Below, one piece after another: positions 45,411-56,600 of a DNA stretch of 64,000 nucleotides. The number at the start of each line of letters is the position of its first letter. Within the stretch, counting starts at the first letter, position 1. Origin of the DNA: Myxococcota bacterium (GTDB taxonomy: Bacteria; Myxococcota_A; UBA796); contig JAYZVA010000027.1 in the NCBI GenBank assembly GCA_036156175.1, forward strand, positions 10,490-74,489, read 5' to 3'. The position numbers were made by a program, and so were the translations under genes. The notes beneath the pieces were generated by a model, which saw nothing but the letters and a program-made list of their open reading frames with translations, searched no databases and had not been told where the DNA came from.

Positions 45411-46673
45411 TCAAATGCCAACCGTCTTCGACATGTTGGCCCAGTGGTCCGCCATCGCTTCTTTGTGGGGCCCGATCACGCCCAGCTCGACGCCCACACG
45501 CTCAAAGATGTCCAACGCTTCTTGCAGCTCGCTGCGGTCGTGAGTGGCCATGTAGGACGTGCGCACCAAACACGCGTTGGTGGGCACGGCGGGTGGCAAC
45601 ACGGGGTTCGCAAACACGCCTTCTTCAAAGATGCGTTGGTTGAACCACAGCATCTGCTCCACCGAACCGATGACGATGGGCACGACCGCCGTCTCCGAGG
45701 CCAAACAGTTGAAGCCCATGCGCTCGAGCTCGGTGCGCATCCACAGCGCGTTTTCCTTGCACTGATCGACCAGTTCGGGCTGCTCGCGCATCAGACGGAG
45801 CGCCGTGAGCACGGTGGCGGCGATCGAGGGTGTGAAGCTGGCGGTGTACATGAACTGCCGGCTGTTGTGCATCAGGTAGTCCTTGACGTCTTGGGGGCAG
45901 CCCACAAATCCACCCATGGACGCGAAGGTCTTCGAAAACGTGCCCGTGATCAAGTCGACGTGGTCCGTCATGCCGAAGTGCGCGACCGAGCCGCGGCCTT
46001 GCGGCCCGATGGTCCCAATGGCGTGGGCTTCATCCACCAGAATGCGGCATCCGTGCTTCTTGCCGAGCGCCACGATTCGGTCCACGGGAGCCACCTCACC
46101 GGTCATGGAGTACACGCCATCCACAGCGAGCAGTTTGCCGCCGGTGAAGTCCTTGTGAAGCTCCAGCTTGCGCTCGAGGTCTTGCATGTCGTTGTGCTTG
46201 AAGCGAACCAGCTTGGCTTGGCTCAAGATGAAGCCGTCAATGAGGCTTGCGTGGTCTTCCCGGTCGGCGAAGATGATGTCTTTTCGGTTGCACAGCGAAC
46301 CCACGGCACCCGAGTTGGACATGAACCCGGTCGACCAAAGCAGCACGGCTTCCTTCCCAAGAAAGGTTGCCAGCTCTTCTTCGAGTTGGTTGTGCAAGTT
46401 CAGGGTTCCGTTGAGCATCCGCGAACCGGTGCACCCCGTACCGAACCGATCCAGCGCCTCTTTGGCAGCGGCAATCACCTCGGGATGGTGGGTCAGTCCA
46501 AGGTAGTTGTTCGAGCCCAGCATGATGCGGGCTTTGCCCTCGATTTGGACCCGCGACCCTTCCGAATCGTCCAATGCGCGGAAGAAGGGATAGACGCCGT
46601 ATTCTTTCGCGATTTTGTGGCGTTTGAAGGATGCGCAGCGCGCGAACAGGTCTCGGTTCTCGGTGATGGCCAT
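45411..46673 (-). CDS. PLP-dependent alpha-oxoamine synthase, serine-palmitoyltransferase-like
   Basis: Trimmed to MAITENRDLF (GGAG 5 nt upstream of ATG 46673). SNNYLGL, GTGCTGSRMLNGT (the SPT-type variant of this motif as I recall it), DEAH, and TFSKTFASMGG (PLP lysine). Confidence 0.85.
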   Translation of the reverse strand: MAITENRDLFARCASFKRHKIAKEYGVYPFFRALDDSEGSRVQIEGKARIMLGSNNYLGLTHHPEVIAAAKEALDRFGTGCTGSRMLNGTLNLHNQLEEELATFLGKEAVLLWSTGFMSNSGAVGSLCNRKDIIFADREDHASLIDGFILSQAKLVRFKHNDMQDLERKLELHKDFTGGKLLAVDGVYSMTGEVAPVDRIVALGKKHGCRILVDEAHAIGTIGPQGRGSVAHFGMTDHVDLITGTFSKTFASMGGFVGCPQDVKDYLMHNSRQFMYTASFTPSIAATVLTALRLMREQPELVDQCKENALWMRTELERMGFNCLASETAVVPIVIGSVEQMLWFNQRIFEEGVFANPVLPPAVPTNACLVRTSYMATHDRSELQEALDIFERVGVELGVIGPHKEAMADHWANMSKTVGI

Positions 46674-46718
46674 GATGACTCCAAAATGCTCGGAATTCCC
46701 CCTATGGAGAATGCCCCC

Positions 46719-46737
46719 AAAAAGCAACTAAGTTGCT
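46719..46737 (-). terminator. Weak hairpin plus short U-run between metG and the oxoamine synthase gene
   Basis: Minus strand reads AGCAAC-TTA-GTTGCT followed by TTTTGGGGG. Confidence 0.3.
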
Positions 46738-46844
46738 GATATTGCTCAATAATGACCGACCAGTCAGTTTGAATTTATGACAATTCGATAACAGCAGTTC
46801 GACCGTCCGAAGTCGGGCCGGGCGGAAATCAATGGACGCCGCGG

Positions 46845-48827
46845 CTATCCGACCGTGCTGCCGAAATTCACGCCCGGGTCAACGGTGACCAAGCCCTCGA
46901 GTTCCGACCCCGTCGCGGCGAGCAACATGCCTTCGCTCAGAACGCCTCGAAGCTTGCGAGGCTTGAGGTTCGCGACGATCACGATTTTCTTCCCGACCAG
47001 ATCGTCGGGCGAGTACTTCGCCGCTATGCCCGCCACGATGGAACGGGGCCGATCTTCGCCGACCTCCACCTTCAGCGCCAGCAGGCGATCGGCGTTTGGG
47101 TGCTTCTCTGCTTCAACAATTTCGCCAACTTTGAGCTGGACCTTCAGGAAGTCTTCGAACTGAATGTACGGATTGGATTGTTCGGCTTCTTCTGCCACGG
47201 GGGCCTCCTGTTTCTGTTTCTTGGCCACCGCTTTCGCAGCAGCTTGTTCGGCCTTTTCGGGCAACGCCCCGGCCAGCACGGTTTGAATGCGTTCGGGCAG
47301 CTCGGCCATGCGTGGAAAGAGCGGTTCACCCGCATCGACTGCAGCATGGGTCGTCAGCTGGTCCAGCGACTGAACGCCGCTCACGGTCAGGTCGACCATG
47401 CCCAACTTCGAGGCCAATTCCCGCCCTTTGTTGGGGGCAACTGGGCTCAACAACACGGCCGCCACTCGGCAGATCTCCAGACACCGACGCATGACGCCAG
47501 CCAGACGGTCGGATGCACCCTCTCGATTGAGCTTCCACGGCTCCATGTCGTCGATGTACTTGTTGCCGGCTTGAACCAAGGTCCACAGCGACTCCAGCGC
47601 GGCGGCGATCTGCATGCCTTCGATGCGGCGGCAGAACCCCTCGACCGCCTCATCGGCAACCCGCTGCAGCGCGTTGTCGGCGTCGGTGTTGTCGTCCAAG
47701 GGCGGCACCGCGCCGCCCAGCCACTTGGTGGTCATCGACAGCGCGCGGTGGGCCAGGTTTCCCAGGTCATTCGCCAAGTCCGCGTTGTAGCGGGTCATGA
47801 ATCCCGTGTGGGAAAAATCGCCGTCGGCACCAAATGCGATCTCCCGCATCAGGAAATAACGGACCGCGTCGGATCCGTAGCAGTCGATGAGCAGGTGTGG
47901 ATCCACCACATTGCCGATGGACTTGCTCATCTTGTTGCCCTCGATGGTCCACCACCCGTGCGCATACAGGCACTTCGCTGGACTCAACCCCATCGCAAAC
48001 AACATGGTCGACCAGTACACCGAGTGAGTGGTGAGGATGTCCTTGCCCACGAGGTGGTAGCTTGCCGGCCACCAACGTTCGAAGTCCGGAGTGGAGCCGC
48101 CGGGGTGGTACCCGATCGCCGAGATGTAGTTGAGCAGCGCATCAAACCACACGTAGGTCACGTATTCGGGATCCATGGGAAACGGAATGCCCCAGGGAAG
48201 ACGGGTCTTGGGGCGGCTGATGCAGAGATCGCCCACGTCTTTCTTCAGGTAGCCCAGCACCTCGTTCTTTCGCGAGGCGGGTCGCAGAAAATCGGGGTGC
48301 TCGGCGATGTACGCGCGGAGCCGATCGGCGTACTTCGACATCCGAAAAAAGTAGTTCTTTTCCTTGATCCACTCGACCTTGGTGCCGGTGTCCGGGCACT
48401 TGCCGTCCACCAGGTCCTTCTCCGTCCAGAACCGCTCGGCGCTGGTGCTGTACCAGCCTTCGTAGTCCGCCGTGTAGATGTCGCCGTTGTCGACCAACGT
48501 CTGCAGGACGTCCTGAACCACCCGGGTGTGCCGCGGTTCTGTGGTTCGGATGAAGTCGTCGTGCTGGATGTCCATGCGCGCCCACAGCGCCTTGAACGGC
48601 TCGCACAGTTCATCCACGTGCTGCTGGGGACTGATGCCCCGCTTGGCGGCGGCCTCAAAGACCTTCTGGCCGTGTTCGTCGGTTCCCGTGAGGAAGTACG
48701 CCGGCCGACCGTTCAGCCGGTGCCATCGCGTGACCACATCGGCGGCAATCGTGGTGTATGCATGGCCCAAGTGCGGCTTGTCGTTCACGTAATAGATGGG
48801 CGTGGTGATGTAGAAATTGTCGGTCAC
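46845..48827 (-). CDS. metG: Methionyl-tRNA synthetase with a C-terminal tRNA-binding (Trbp111/EMAPII-like) domain
   Basis: Start moved to GTG 48827 (AAGGAG 6 nt upstream), giving VTDNFYITTPIYYVNDKPHLGHAYT (HIGH-class motif). Also KMSKSIGN. The C-terminus reads VGEIVEAEKHPNADRLLALKV. Confidence 0.94.
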   Translation of the reverse strand: MTDNFYITTPIYYVNDKPHLGHAYTTIAADVVTRWHRLNGRPAYFLTGTDEHGQKVFEAAAKRGISPQQHVDELCEPFKALWARMDIQHDDFIRTTEPRHTRVVQDVLQTLVDNGDIYTADYEGWYSTSAERFWTEKDLVDGKCPDTGTKVEWIKEKNYFFRMSKYADRLRAYIAEHPDFLRPASRKNEVLGYLKKDVGDLCISRPKTRLPWGIPFPMDPEYVTYVWFDALLNYISAIGYHPGGSTPDFERWWPASYHLVGKDILTTHSVYWSTMLFAMGLSPAKCLYAHGWWTIEGNKMSKSIGNVVDPHLLIDCYGSDAVRYFLMREIAFGADGDFSHTGFMTRYNADLANDLGNLAHRALSMTTKWLGGAVPPLDDNTDADNALQRVADEAVEGFCRRIEGMQIAAALESLWTLVQAGNKYIDDMEPWKLNREGASDRLAGVMRRCLEICRVAAVLLSPVAPNKGRELASKLGMVDLTVSGVQSLDQLTTHAAVDAGEPLFPRMAELPERIQTVLAGALPEKAEQAAAKAVAKKQKQEAPVAEEAEQSNPYIQFEDFLKVQLKVGEIVEAEKHPNADRLLALKVEVGEDRPRSIVAGIAAKYSPDDLVGKKIVIVANLKPRKLRGVLSEGMLLAATGSELEGLVTVDPGVNFGSTVG

Positions 48828-48942
48828 CCCAATCTCCTTGGTCGCAGGCCCGAAGGGATAGCACGCGGGCATGGCGTCGCAAGCAAGACCGATCGGCTGT
48901 CACCCGCTTGTGGCTGTCTTTGCGGCTGGATAAACCCCCGCC

Positions 48943-49917
48943 ATGGTCTCTGCACTTGGGTACATCACCGAATCCTTCGACCCCGCTTCGCCCGGGCGGC
49001 TGTGCCGTGGTCGGGAACGGTGGATTGAGTACGAGACCATGGAAGAAGACCTCGCCGAGGGCTCCATTCATCGGATCGTGTTGTCCGGTGCCACCTTCAG
49101 CGACGACCGTGCCCGAGACGCCCAGCGGGGCATCGGTTTTGGGCCCATTGACCATTACGGGTTGATGCGGCAGCTGATGGGCGAGGGCATGCTGGTGGCG
49201 TACTGCGAAGAGGGCCACCCCCACGAGATCCCCGAGGGGGCCGCGGGCGTGGAACACCACACCGTTGCACGGCCGGGCGGAAGCCTGCGAGAGTGGCGCG
49301 TGCGCTGGCACCTGCACGTGGAAACGCGCGACCAGCTGGAGCGCGCGCTGAGCACGGGGGCTGACGTGTTTGTCACCATCACCGAACCCGCGAAAACGCC
49401 CGCCCAAACCGTTCCCGAGTCGCCGCTCATTCCGCAGCTGGCCGACGAGGCGTCCTCGCTGCCCAGCTTGTTCGACGACGGCTTCGCCAGCGCGCTGTTC
49501 CTGCTCACCGGATTCCGTTCGGAGGGGCGCCCAAACCGGTACTTCCAGCCGTGGGGCGTCCCCGCGGTTCTGGAGCACGTCCCGGCAGTCGCGCTGATTC
49601 ACAGAGACAAGCACGGACCCGCCCTGGGAATCTACGGACGCGAGCCGTTCAGCGTCGATGGGCTCCACTCCTCGCCAAGCGATGAGTCCGGGTCGCACCC
49701 GCTGCTGGTCCCGTTTGCCATTCCGCCCATGCTCGCCCGGTGGGACCGGGCGCTCTCCGAACTGCGCGAGGTGTGGGACGAGTCCTCCTTGGGACCGTTC
49801 CCGGTTCCCGCGGCCGAGCCGAGGCTCAGCCCCGCCGATGAGGAGGCGACGACCGAGCCGGTCGACGCGGAAGACGCCCCTGCGCTCGCAGAAAACGCGG
49901 CACCCATCGAAGAATAG
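48943..49917 (+). CDS. Hypothetical protein (324 aa), acidic C-terminus
   Basis: Third-position G/C is high on manual codon reading and the composition looks normal. The antisense 436-aa ORF is Arg/Gly-rich. No recognisable family. Confidence 0.6.
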   Translation: MVSALGYITESFDPASPGRLCRGRERWIEYETMEEDLAEGSIHRIVLSGATFSDDRARDAQRGIGFGPIDHYGLMRQLMGEGMLVAYCEEGHPHEIPEGAAGVEHHTVARPGGSLREWRVRWHLHVETRDQLERALSTGADVFVTITEPAKTPAQTVPESPLIPQLADEASSLPSLFDDGFASALFLLTGFRSEGRPNRYFQPWGVPAVLEHVPAVALIHRDKHGPALGIYGREPFSVDGLHSSPSDESGSHPLLVPFAIPPMLARWDRALSELREVWDESSLGPFPVPAAEPRLSPADEEATTEPVDAEDAPALAENAAPIEE

Positions 49918-49927
49918 GCGCCCGCCG

Positions 49928-50602
49928 TCAGGTGCTGGTACCGAACCGCTCCGGGGTTCCATCATCGGTCGTGAGCGCGCTCTTTCGACGGCTCAGCAAC
50001 TTCGACATGAAGAGGCGCCGGTCGGTGCTGACCCGTCCGTCGGTTCGACGCGAGTGAACTTCTGTGTACACACCAATGTCGTCAAAGCCCATGTCCATGT
50101 ACATGTCGTACGACCGGTTTCTCACTGCGCTGACCCGCAGAACGACGTGGGTGTATTTTTGATGGTCGATGAGGTCGAGTCGCTGGGTCACGAGGGTCTT
50201 GCCCAGCCCAGCCCCGCGGGCAGACTCGAGGACGCCGAGCTCTGCCAAGTAATAGGAGTGGGGAACCGGAAGCAGCCCGCGCAGGTCTCGGGCAATGTCG
50301 GGTTTGCTGCTCGCGGGCACGCCGATGCCAAACCCAACCACCTTGGCGCGGCCCCGAACGGCGAGCATGCAGATGTTCTCGGGCGTCGACAGGTACCGAC
50401 GCAGGATGGCCTGGGCCTCCGACGGGAAGTACCGCTCGTTGTACGGGGGCTCCGAGAAAATGTCTTGATACGCACCGGCAAAGCTTGCCCGGTAGGGCAA
50501 AGCCTCGTCCGGCGACGCAATTCGGACAATTCGGATGCCATCTGGGCGTTCGAGGAGGATCACACCCCGATGTTTACGCGCGCGACAAGAACGCGCAAAC
50601 AA
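49928..50602 (-). CDS. GNAT-family N-acyltransferase, immediately downstream of the megasynthase
   Basis: Acyl-CoA pocket LAELGVLESARGAGLGKTLV, in a 224-aa alpha/beta-sized protein. The track start is TTG, 8 nt after the PKS stop. An alternative GTG start lies at 50563. Confidence 0.78.
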   Translation of the reverse strand: MFARSCRARKHRGVILLERPDGIRIVRIASPDEALPYRASFAGAYQDIFSEPPYNERYFPSEAQAILRRYLSTPENICMLAVRGRAKVVGFGIGVPASSKPDIARDLRGLLPVPHSYYLAELGVLESARGAGLGKTLVTQRLDLIDHQKYTHVVLRVSAVRNRSYDMYMDMGFDDIGVYTEVHSRRTDGRVSTDRRLFMSKLLSRRKSALTTDDGTPERFGTST

Positions 50603-50610
50603 TCAAGTGA

Positions 50611-53600
50611 TCACGAGGCCAACCAAGCGACCGCAATCACCATCGATTGGTCATCCTGAATGTCGACCGACAGCTCGCCACCGCCCAGCGCAGCGTGCCG
50701 CTGACTGGCTTGACCGTACAAGCGAACTTCGGCCCGCCCATCGGCGATGTTCAACACTTCTACGTCCCGAGGGTCAAGCTGCAAGCCGGTCCCCAATGCC
50801 TTCAACACGGCCTCTTTGATCGCCCATACTTGACTCTCGCGCCGGGGATCGCCCTGGCACATCGCGCGCTCGCTGACCCGAAACCAGGTTTCCGAAAACG
50901 ACGGTGCCCGGGCCTCGATTCGTTCCAGGTCCACGCCTGCCCGCCCGGCGGACGTCGCGATGGCGATCGCTTCGCCATCGCGGTGCGAAATCGAGACGTG
51001 GGGAAGCTCCACGCCCTCCAGCGTCACGGCATACGGCTCGCCGGATGCCCGATTTTCAATGCGAAAGGTCTGCGGGTCCATTCCGGTCAACTGAACCAAA
51101 GCGCGCTTTGCCGCCACCCGTCCCAGGGTTCGATCCGACTGGCGCTTCTCGGTTCCCCGTTCGGCAATGACGGCCCGCTCGCGGTCGGTCAAGAGCGCGG
51201 AAGCGTCCGCTTCCGCGTCCTCTGCCTTGACCCGAGCAATGACCGCGGGAGACCAGCCGCCTGCTGGGGGTTCAAACCCGCCGTCGGGCGGAAGCGGTCC
51301 GGCTTGAACCATCTCAAACCCGCGAAGACGCAGCACCCGACCCCGTTCGGTGGACACGTCCACGTCGTAGGCGCTGCCCTGCGCGCGAACGGTGAGGTGC
51401 AGTGCTTCGTCATCGCGCACCGAGCCGCACACATCCACGCTGCCAATGGCGCGGGGGAGCGCCATGATGCCGTCGAGCATCATGCCGTGCAGTCCCGCCG
51501 CCTGAAACGCGGCCTCGAGGACCAACGGGGCGGTGGCCATCCCGCCCGCAATTCCCAGGTGCCGAACTGCGCCTTCGGCCAGCAGCCCATCCGACGTGAC
51601 CCCCGTGACCCGGTTCAACACTTGAAATGCGGGCCCGTGGAAGAAGCGAGCGTAGATCTCGTCCCCGCTCACGGGGTGGTCGGGCATGCCCATCGGGGGA
51701 AGGTCCGCAGCATCAGTGGGCACCCAGACCACCGTTGCCGAGAAGTGTTTGGTCTCGATCACGCGTCCCGTTCGTGCGGTTCGAGACGACGACACGGTGC
51801 ACTGCACGCCCCCGTCTGCAGGGGTGGCCGTCACCACAACCGTGGTCGGGGCATCGCCGTGGAGCTTGATCGGAGCCTCGTACACCACGTTCCGAGCGCC
51901 GGCATACCGGTGACCCGGGTCGGCCATCGCCGCGACGGCCGCCATCATCTCCAACCCCACCACGCCGGGCAACACCGGCTTTCCATCAATGGCGTGATCG
52001 GCAATCCACGGATCCGAAACGAGGCTCAACGAACGGGTTCCGATGATCGATTCGCCATCCATCTCCACCCCATCGATCAGGGGGTGAGCGGGAGCAATGC
52101 CGAAGTCGCCGAGGCGCCCCGACACGACCACCTCTCCCACAAGCTTTGCAGCTACCATGTCCACCAACAGCTCGGAGCCCGGTCCCGCAGGCAGCATTTC
52201 CACGCCCCGGTCGCCAAGCAGCTTGTCCATCCCCCCGCGCACGGCCATTCCCACATCCGCCCAGGCCGTCCAGTCGACATGGAGGGAAGCGGGTCGGGCA
52301 AAACAAACCTGCGCCATGGCTTCGTTTGCAGCCGAATAGTCGACTTGTCCCGGGTTTCCGAAGCGACCGGCGACCGATCCCATCGAAACGAAGAATGCCT
52401 CCGGTTCCAACGCCTCGGCCAGGGCCAGTCCGCCGACCGCCTTCCCGTCGTACACGCGGTGGAATCCGCCCGCATCTTTGTCTTCGATCAAGCGGCTCTC
52501 TTCCACACCGGCGCCGTGGACCAACACATCGATGGGCCCAAACGACGTCCGGACCCGGTCAAGGCAGGACCGAACGGCTTCCGGGTCGGCCAAATCGACC
52601 TGGAAGAATTCAACCTCGGCGCCCATGGCGCGCATGGCTTCCACATTCCTGCGGGCTTCCTCGGCGCGCTTCAGGGGTGCCACGATGTCGCGAACCGCCG
52701 CGGGCGTCGCCCGCATCCCCGATTCCTCCAGCGAAGCCTTCGCGCTGGCTTTGGCCGCCGCTTCGTCGAGGGGTTCGGTGCCCGGCGCCGTGCGCGCGAG
52801 GAGCGCGAGTTTGGACACACCGCGGCCGGCAAACGCTTTGGCGACCTGAGCGGTGATGCCCCGGGTTCCGCCCGTCAACGCCACAACCGATGCGGTCAGC
52901 GCAGCGCCTTGCTCCGGAAAGTCCATCAACTGCAATTCCACCGCCGTGCGACCGTCGCTGCCCCACGCGATTTCGATGGAGCCGTCGTTGGTGCCAAGCT
53001 CTTCAATCACGAGGGCCGCCGCGGTCTCCACATCCATGGATCGATCGACGTTCACCACGCGAGCCGCGGTGCCGTCCCACTCTCGACCAACCGCTTTGGC
53101 AAACCCAGCGGTGGACCCGAAATCTCGGCCCGTGACGGGATCGACCGCAACCCGTCCCACGTGGGCCGCGCACACCCAGTCGCGGGGACGGGCCTCGGCC
53201 ACGCTCTGGGCCTGTTCGAAGCTCTCAAACACATCCGTGCCAGCATCAATGATGGCATCGGGTGGGCCGTCGAGCCGGCCGCCCTTGGCGACCACCGCCG
53301 TCCGAATTGCATCCGCGAGCGGTGTGGTGCCCAAGACGGTGACGATGCGCCCTTTGATGGTGCCCATCTGCCACGGCGGACGCGCCACCCCGATTGGCCT
53401 CCGCAATCGGAAGCTGGCCGGCAGCGCGCCGCGGTCGGACTGCACCGTCGCCGCTAAGGGAGCCGGCGGAGCGGCATCGGCGTTTGGTGGCGGAGCCGAT
53501 TCCACCACCGGATCGACGTTGGGTGCGCTGTTTTGACTGGCCGCTTGGGCCTGCAACCAGCCGGCCAACGCTTCGATCGTGGGGTAGTCCGACAGCCGGA

Positions 53601-56600
53601 AGCTCTCGTCGGCGGCGAGGCCGTACTGCTCCCGCACCTGTCCAAAGATCTCCGCTTGCTTCACCGTGTCGATGCCCAGGTCGGCTTCGAGTTCGTAGTC
53701 CGGCTCCAACTCATCGGGGCCGTAGCCGGTCTTCTCCGAAATGACGGCCAGCAGCTCGCTCAGCACATCGCTGGCCGAACCGAGCTGCGGCGCGGCCTCG
53801 GGCGGCTCGACAACGGCCGGCTCGATGCCCGCATCGGCCGCCGCCGCCTCGGTGACCCTCAAGTGCCGCTGGTGCTCCGCCAACGTCGGCTCGGCCAATC
53901 CGCTGACCCGCTTGAGCCACTCGCGGTGCGTGGCCGCGTCGGCGATTCGGTGTTCCGCGTGGGCCAAGCCTTCCCATGCCAGCAATGCCAGCTGGGAGCC
54001 GAATCCCGCCGCCAGGCGAATTCCGTACCGCACCGGCACCGCACCTCCGCGGGACAGTCGAAGATCGCCAAGGTCCGGGTCGGGCTGCTTCAGGTGGGGA
54101 ATGGGCGGAACCCGGCCATACTGCAGGGCTTTCAAGACGACCGTGTCTTCGATGCCCGCACCCATTGGGTGACCGGTGAATCCTTTGGTGTTCGTCACCA
54201 CAACGTTGGAGGCAGCGGCACCGAATGCGCGGCGCAGGCTCTCGATCTCCGCAGCCGCCGAGCCGCCTTTGGCGGGCGTGTAGGTCTCGTGACTCATGAA
54301 CACGGCCGATGCCGCGAACTCGTCGCGGGACACGCCAGCCCGCTCCACCGCCTCGGCGACCAGGGCGTCCATTTCCGTCGCGATGTGCTCGGGATTCAAG
54401 CGCGTTCCATGAAAGGCCGAGTTGGCGAATCGAGCCGCCAACAAGCGCCCCAGAGGCACAATGCCCCGGGCGGATGTGGACGCCTCGGATTCCACCACAA
54501 GCCCCGCGGCTCCCATGCCCAGGATCATGCCGTGGCGGCGGGCATCGAACGGGAGTGCGGCATCCTCGACCACGTCCTTGGTCGTGGCGGCACCGGTGGC
54601 CAAAAATCCGGTTCCAATCCATTCCATCAAGGCGTCCGAGGTCACATCGTCCGCACCCACCACAATCACGCGTTCGCACCGGCCCACGCGAATCCAGTCC
54701 GATGCCATCGCCACCGCCTGGGTGGTGCTCGCACAGGCAGCGTTGGTGGTGGCATTGGGGCCCTGTGCGCCGATGTATTGCGCAAACTGAGAGTGCCCCA
54801 TGGCGAGCACTTGAAACAGGAATCGCCGATCAAAGTTGCCTTCGTCATCGCGACCGTCTGCCCGCATGTGCTTGGCAAACTCGTCGTATCCCGGGAATGC
54901 GGACGCAAAAATCACCCCTGTGGAGCGGCGCATCTCCTCGGGCAGCTTCCATCCCGTCGACACCTTCTTGCCGCTTCGCGTGGTGTGAAAGGTCTGCACC
55001 AGGGGAATCTGGGCATCCTTGAGCGCCTCGATCCCCGCCGCAAACGACAACTGAGTGGTGATGTCGAGTGCGCGAACCCATTGGGGGTCAATGCCGTACT
55101 GTTCCGCCAGGTCGAAGGCCGCCTTCACGCCGGCCAATCGAATGACTTCCTCGCGTTGCTCGACGGACTTGAAGGTGCCCTGGCCGGTCTTGGGGTCTTT
55201 GTGAACCCGAACGACCTGTTTGGCCAAAAAGCCGTCCTGTGTGGCCTCGCTGAGCCGCGAGATTCGAACTTCACCGTCCAAGATGCGCGCCACATTGTCG
55301 GGAGCGAACACCTCTTCGCCGCCGGGCAGCCCGACCGATGCGCCGGAGCAGACCACGCTGATGGAGGCGGGAACGACTGCCGGTGCAGAGCGGGGAGCCG
55401 CCGGGACCGGTGCAGGGGCGGACGGCTCAAGCGGCGCCGGCACGGGGGCGGGCGGCGTCAACGGTGCCGGTCGCGCTTCGAGCATGGTCTGAACCAATCC
55501 CCGAACGGCGGGCAAGATGGACGCCGCGAACTGATTGGCGTCGCCATCGCTCAAACCGGCGCGCGCCGCCCCTTCGGCCAATGCAGACAAAGCGTCGTGG
55601 GGAAGCTCCCCTCCGACCGTCGGCCGCTCGGACCCAACCGCAACCCGGCCGCGGGTATCCACCAACACCTGCTCAATGGCGGCGGGTTGCGTGGACCCCA
55701 ATCGACGGGCGGCGTAGTTGGCGAGATCCCGCAGCGTCCGATGCTGACTCAATCGAAAGCCGGGATCGTGGTCCAGGCGGAACCGATCCCGAACGTGGGC
55801 GATGACCTCGGCCTGCTTGACGGTATCGATCCCCAAGTCCGCTTCCAGCTCATCGTCCAAATTCAGTTCTTCCGGTGAGTAGCCGGTGGCCATCGCCACA
55901 ACGTCAAGCACCGCGCGCAGGATGAATGGGGTCGCCTGAGGCTGCGTCGGCCGGCCTTCGTCCACGGGTGCTGGGGTCCACTTGCGCATCGCCGCAGACG
56001 TGGCCAAACGCGGCGGCGGAGGGGCGAAGATGTCGGGGATGGCGGCGCCCGGATGGGCGGAGACATCAAACCCGAGCGTGGTCAGCGACGCCAGCGCGTC
56101 TTGAAAGCTCGCCACACCGCCACGCTTGGGGTGATTGGTGTAGATGGCGCGGTGGGGCCGGCGCTTCAAGATGGATGCAACAAACCCCGTGAGCGCCCGT
56201 TTCGGGCCGCACTCGATGAAGATGCGAGCGCCGTCGGCGTACATCCGCTCCACCTGAGCGATCCATTCCACGGGGGCGGCGACCTGCTTCGCCAGGATGT
56301 CGATGATCTCGGCGCGCGCGTCCGCGCCATCGGGGTAATAGCGGCTGGTCACGTTGGTGGTGATCGGCCGCTGCGGAGGCCGGATGTCGAGACGCTCAAG
56401 CACCGTCTTCAGCGGCGCCGAGGCCGGGGCCACAATGCTGGAGTGAAACGCGTGACTCACGGGCAGCGGGTACACGGTGATGCCCCGCGAGACGAATGCC
56501 TCAATCGCCGCCTCGACCGGCTCCGACGCACCGGCGATGACGGTTTGCGTGGCGCAGTTTTTGTTGGCCGGCACAACGTACCCGGGGATCTCCGCCAGCA

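Noticed and set aside
45363-49028. Plus-strand ORFs 45363..46739 (458 aa) and 47100..49028 (642 aa)
   Set aside because: They are antisense to the oxoamine synthase and to metG, both of which carry unambiguous catalytic motifs.
49314-49324. CACGTGGAAAC here, and CACGTGAAAC at 59044..59053, as parS sites
   Set aside because: Only one half of the palindrome is present (about 11 of 16 matches at best), and both lie inside coding sequence.
48655-49965. Minus-strand ORF of 436 aa overlapping the 324-aa hypothetical gene
   Set aside because: It is Arg/Gly-rich and low-complexity, and it would overlap both metG and the GNAT. The plus-strand frame has high third-position G/C and ordinary composition. 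This call is less certain than the other rejections.
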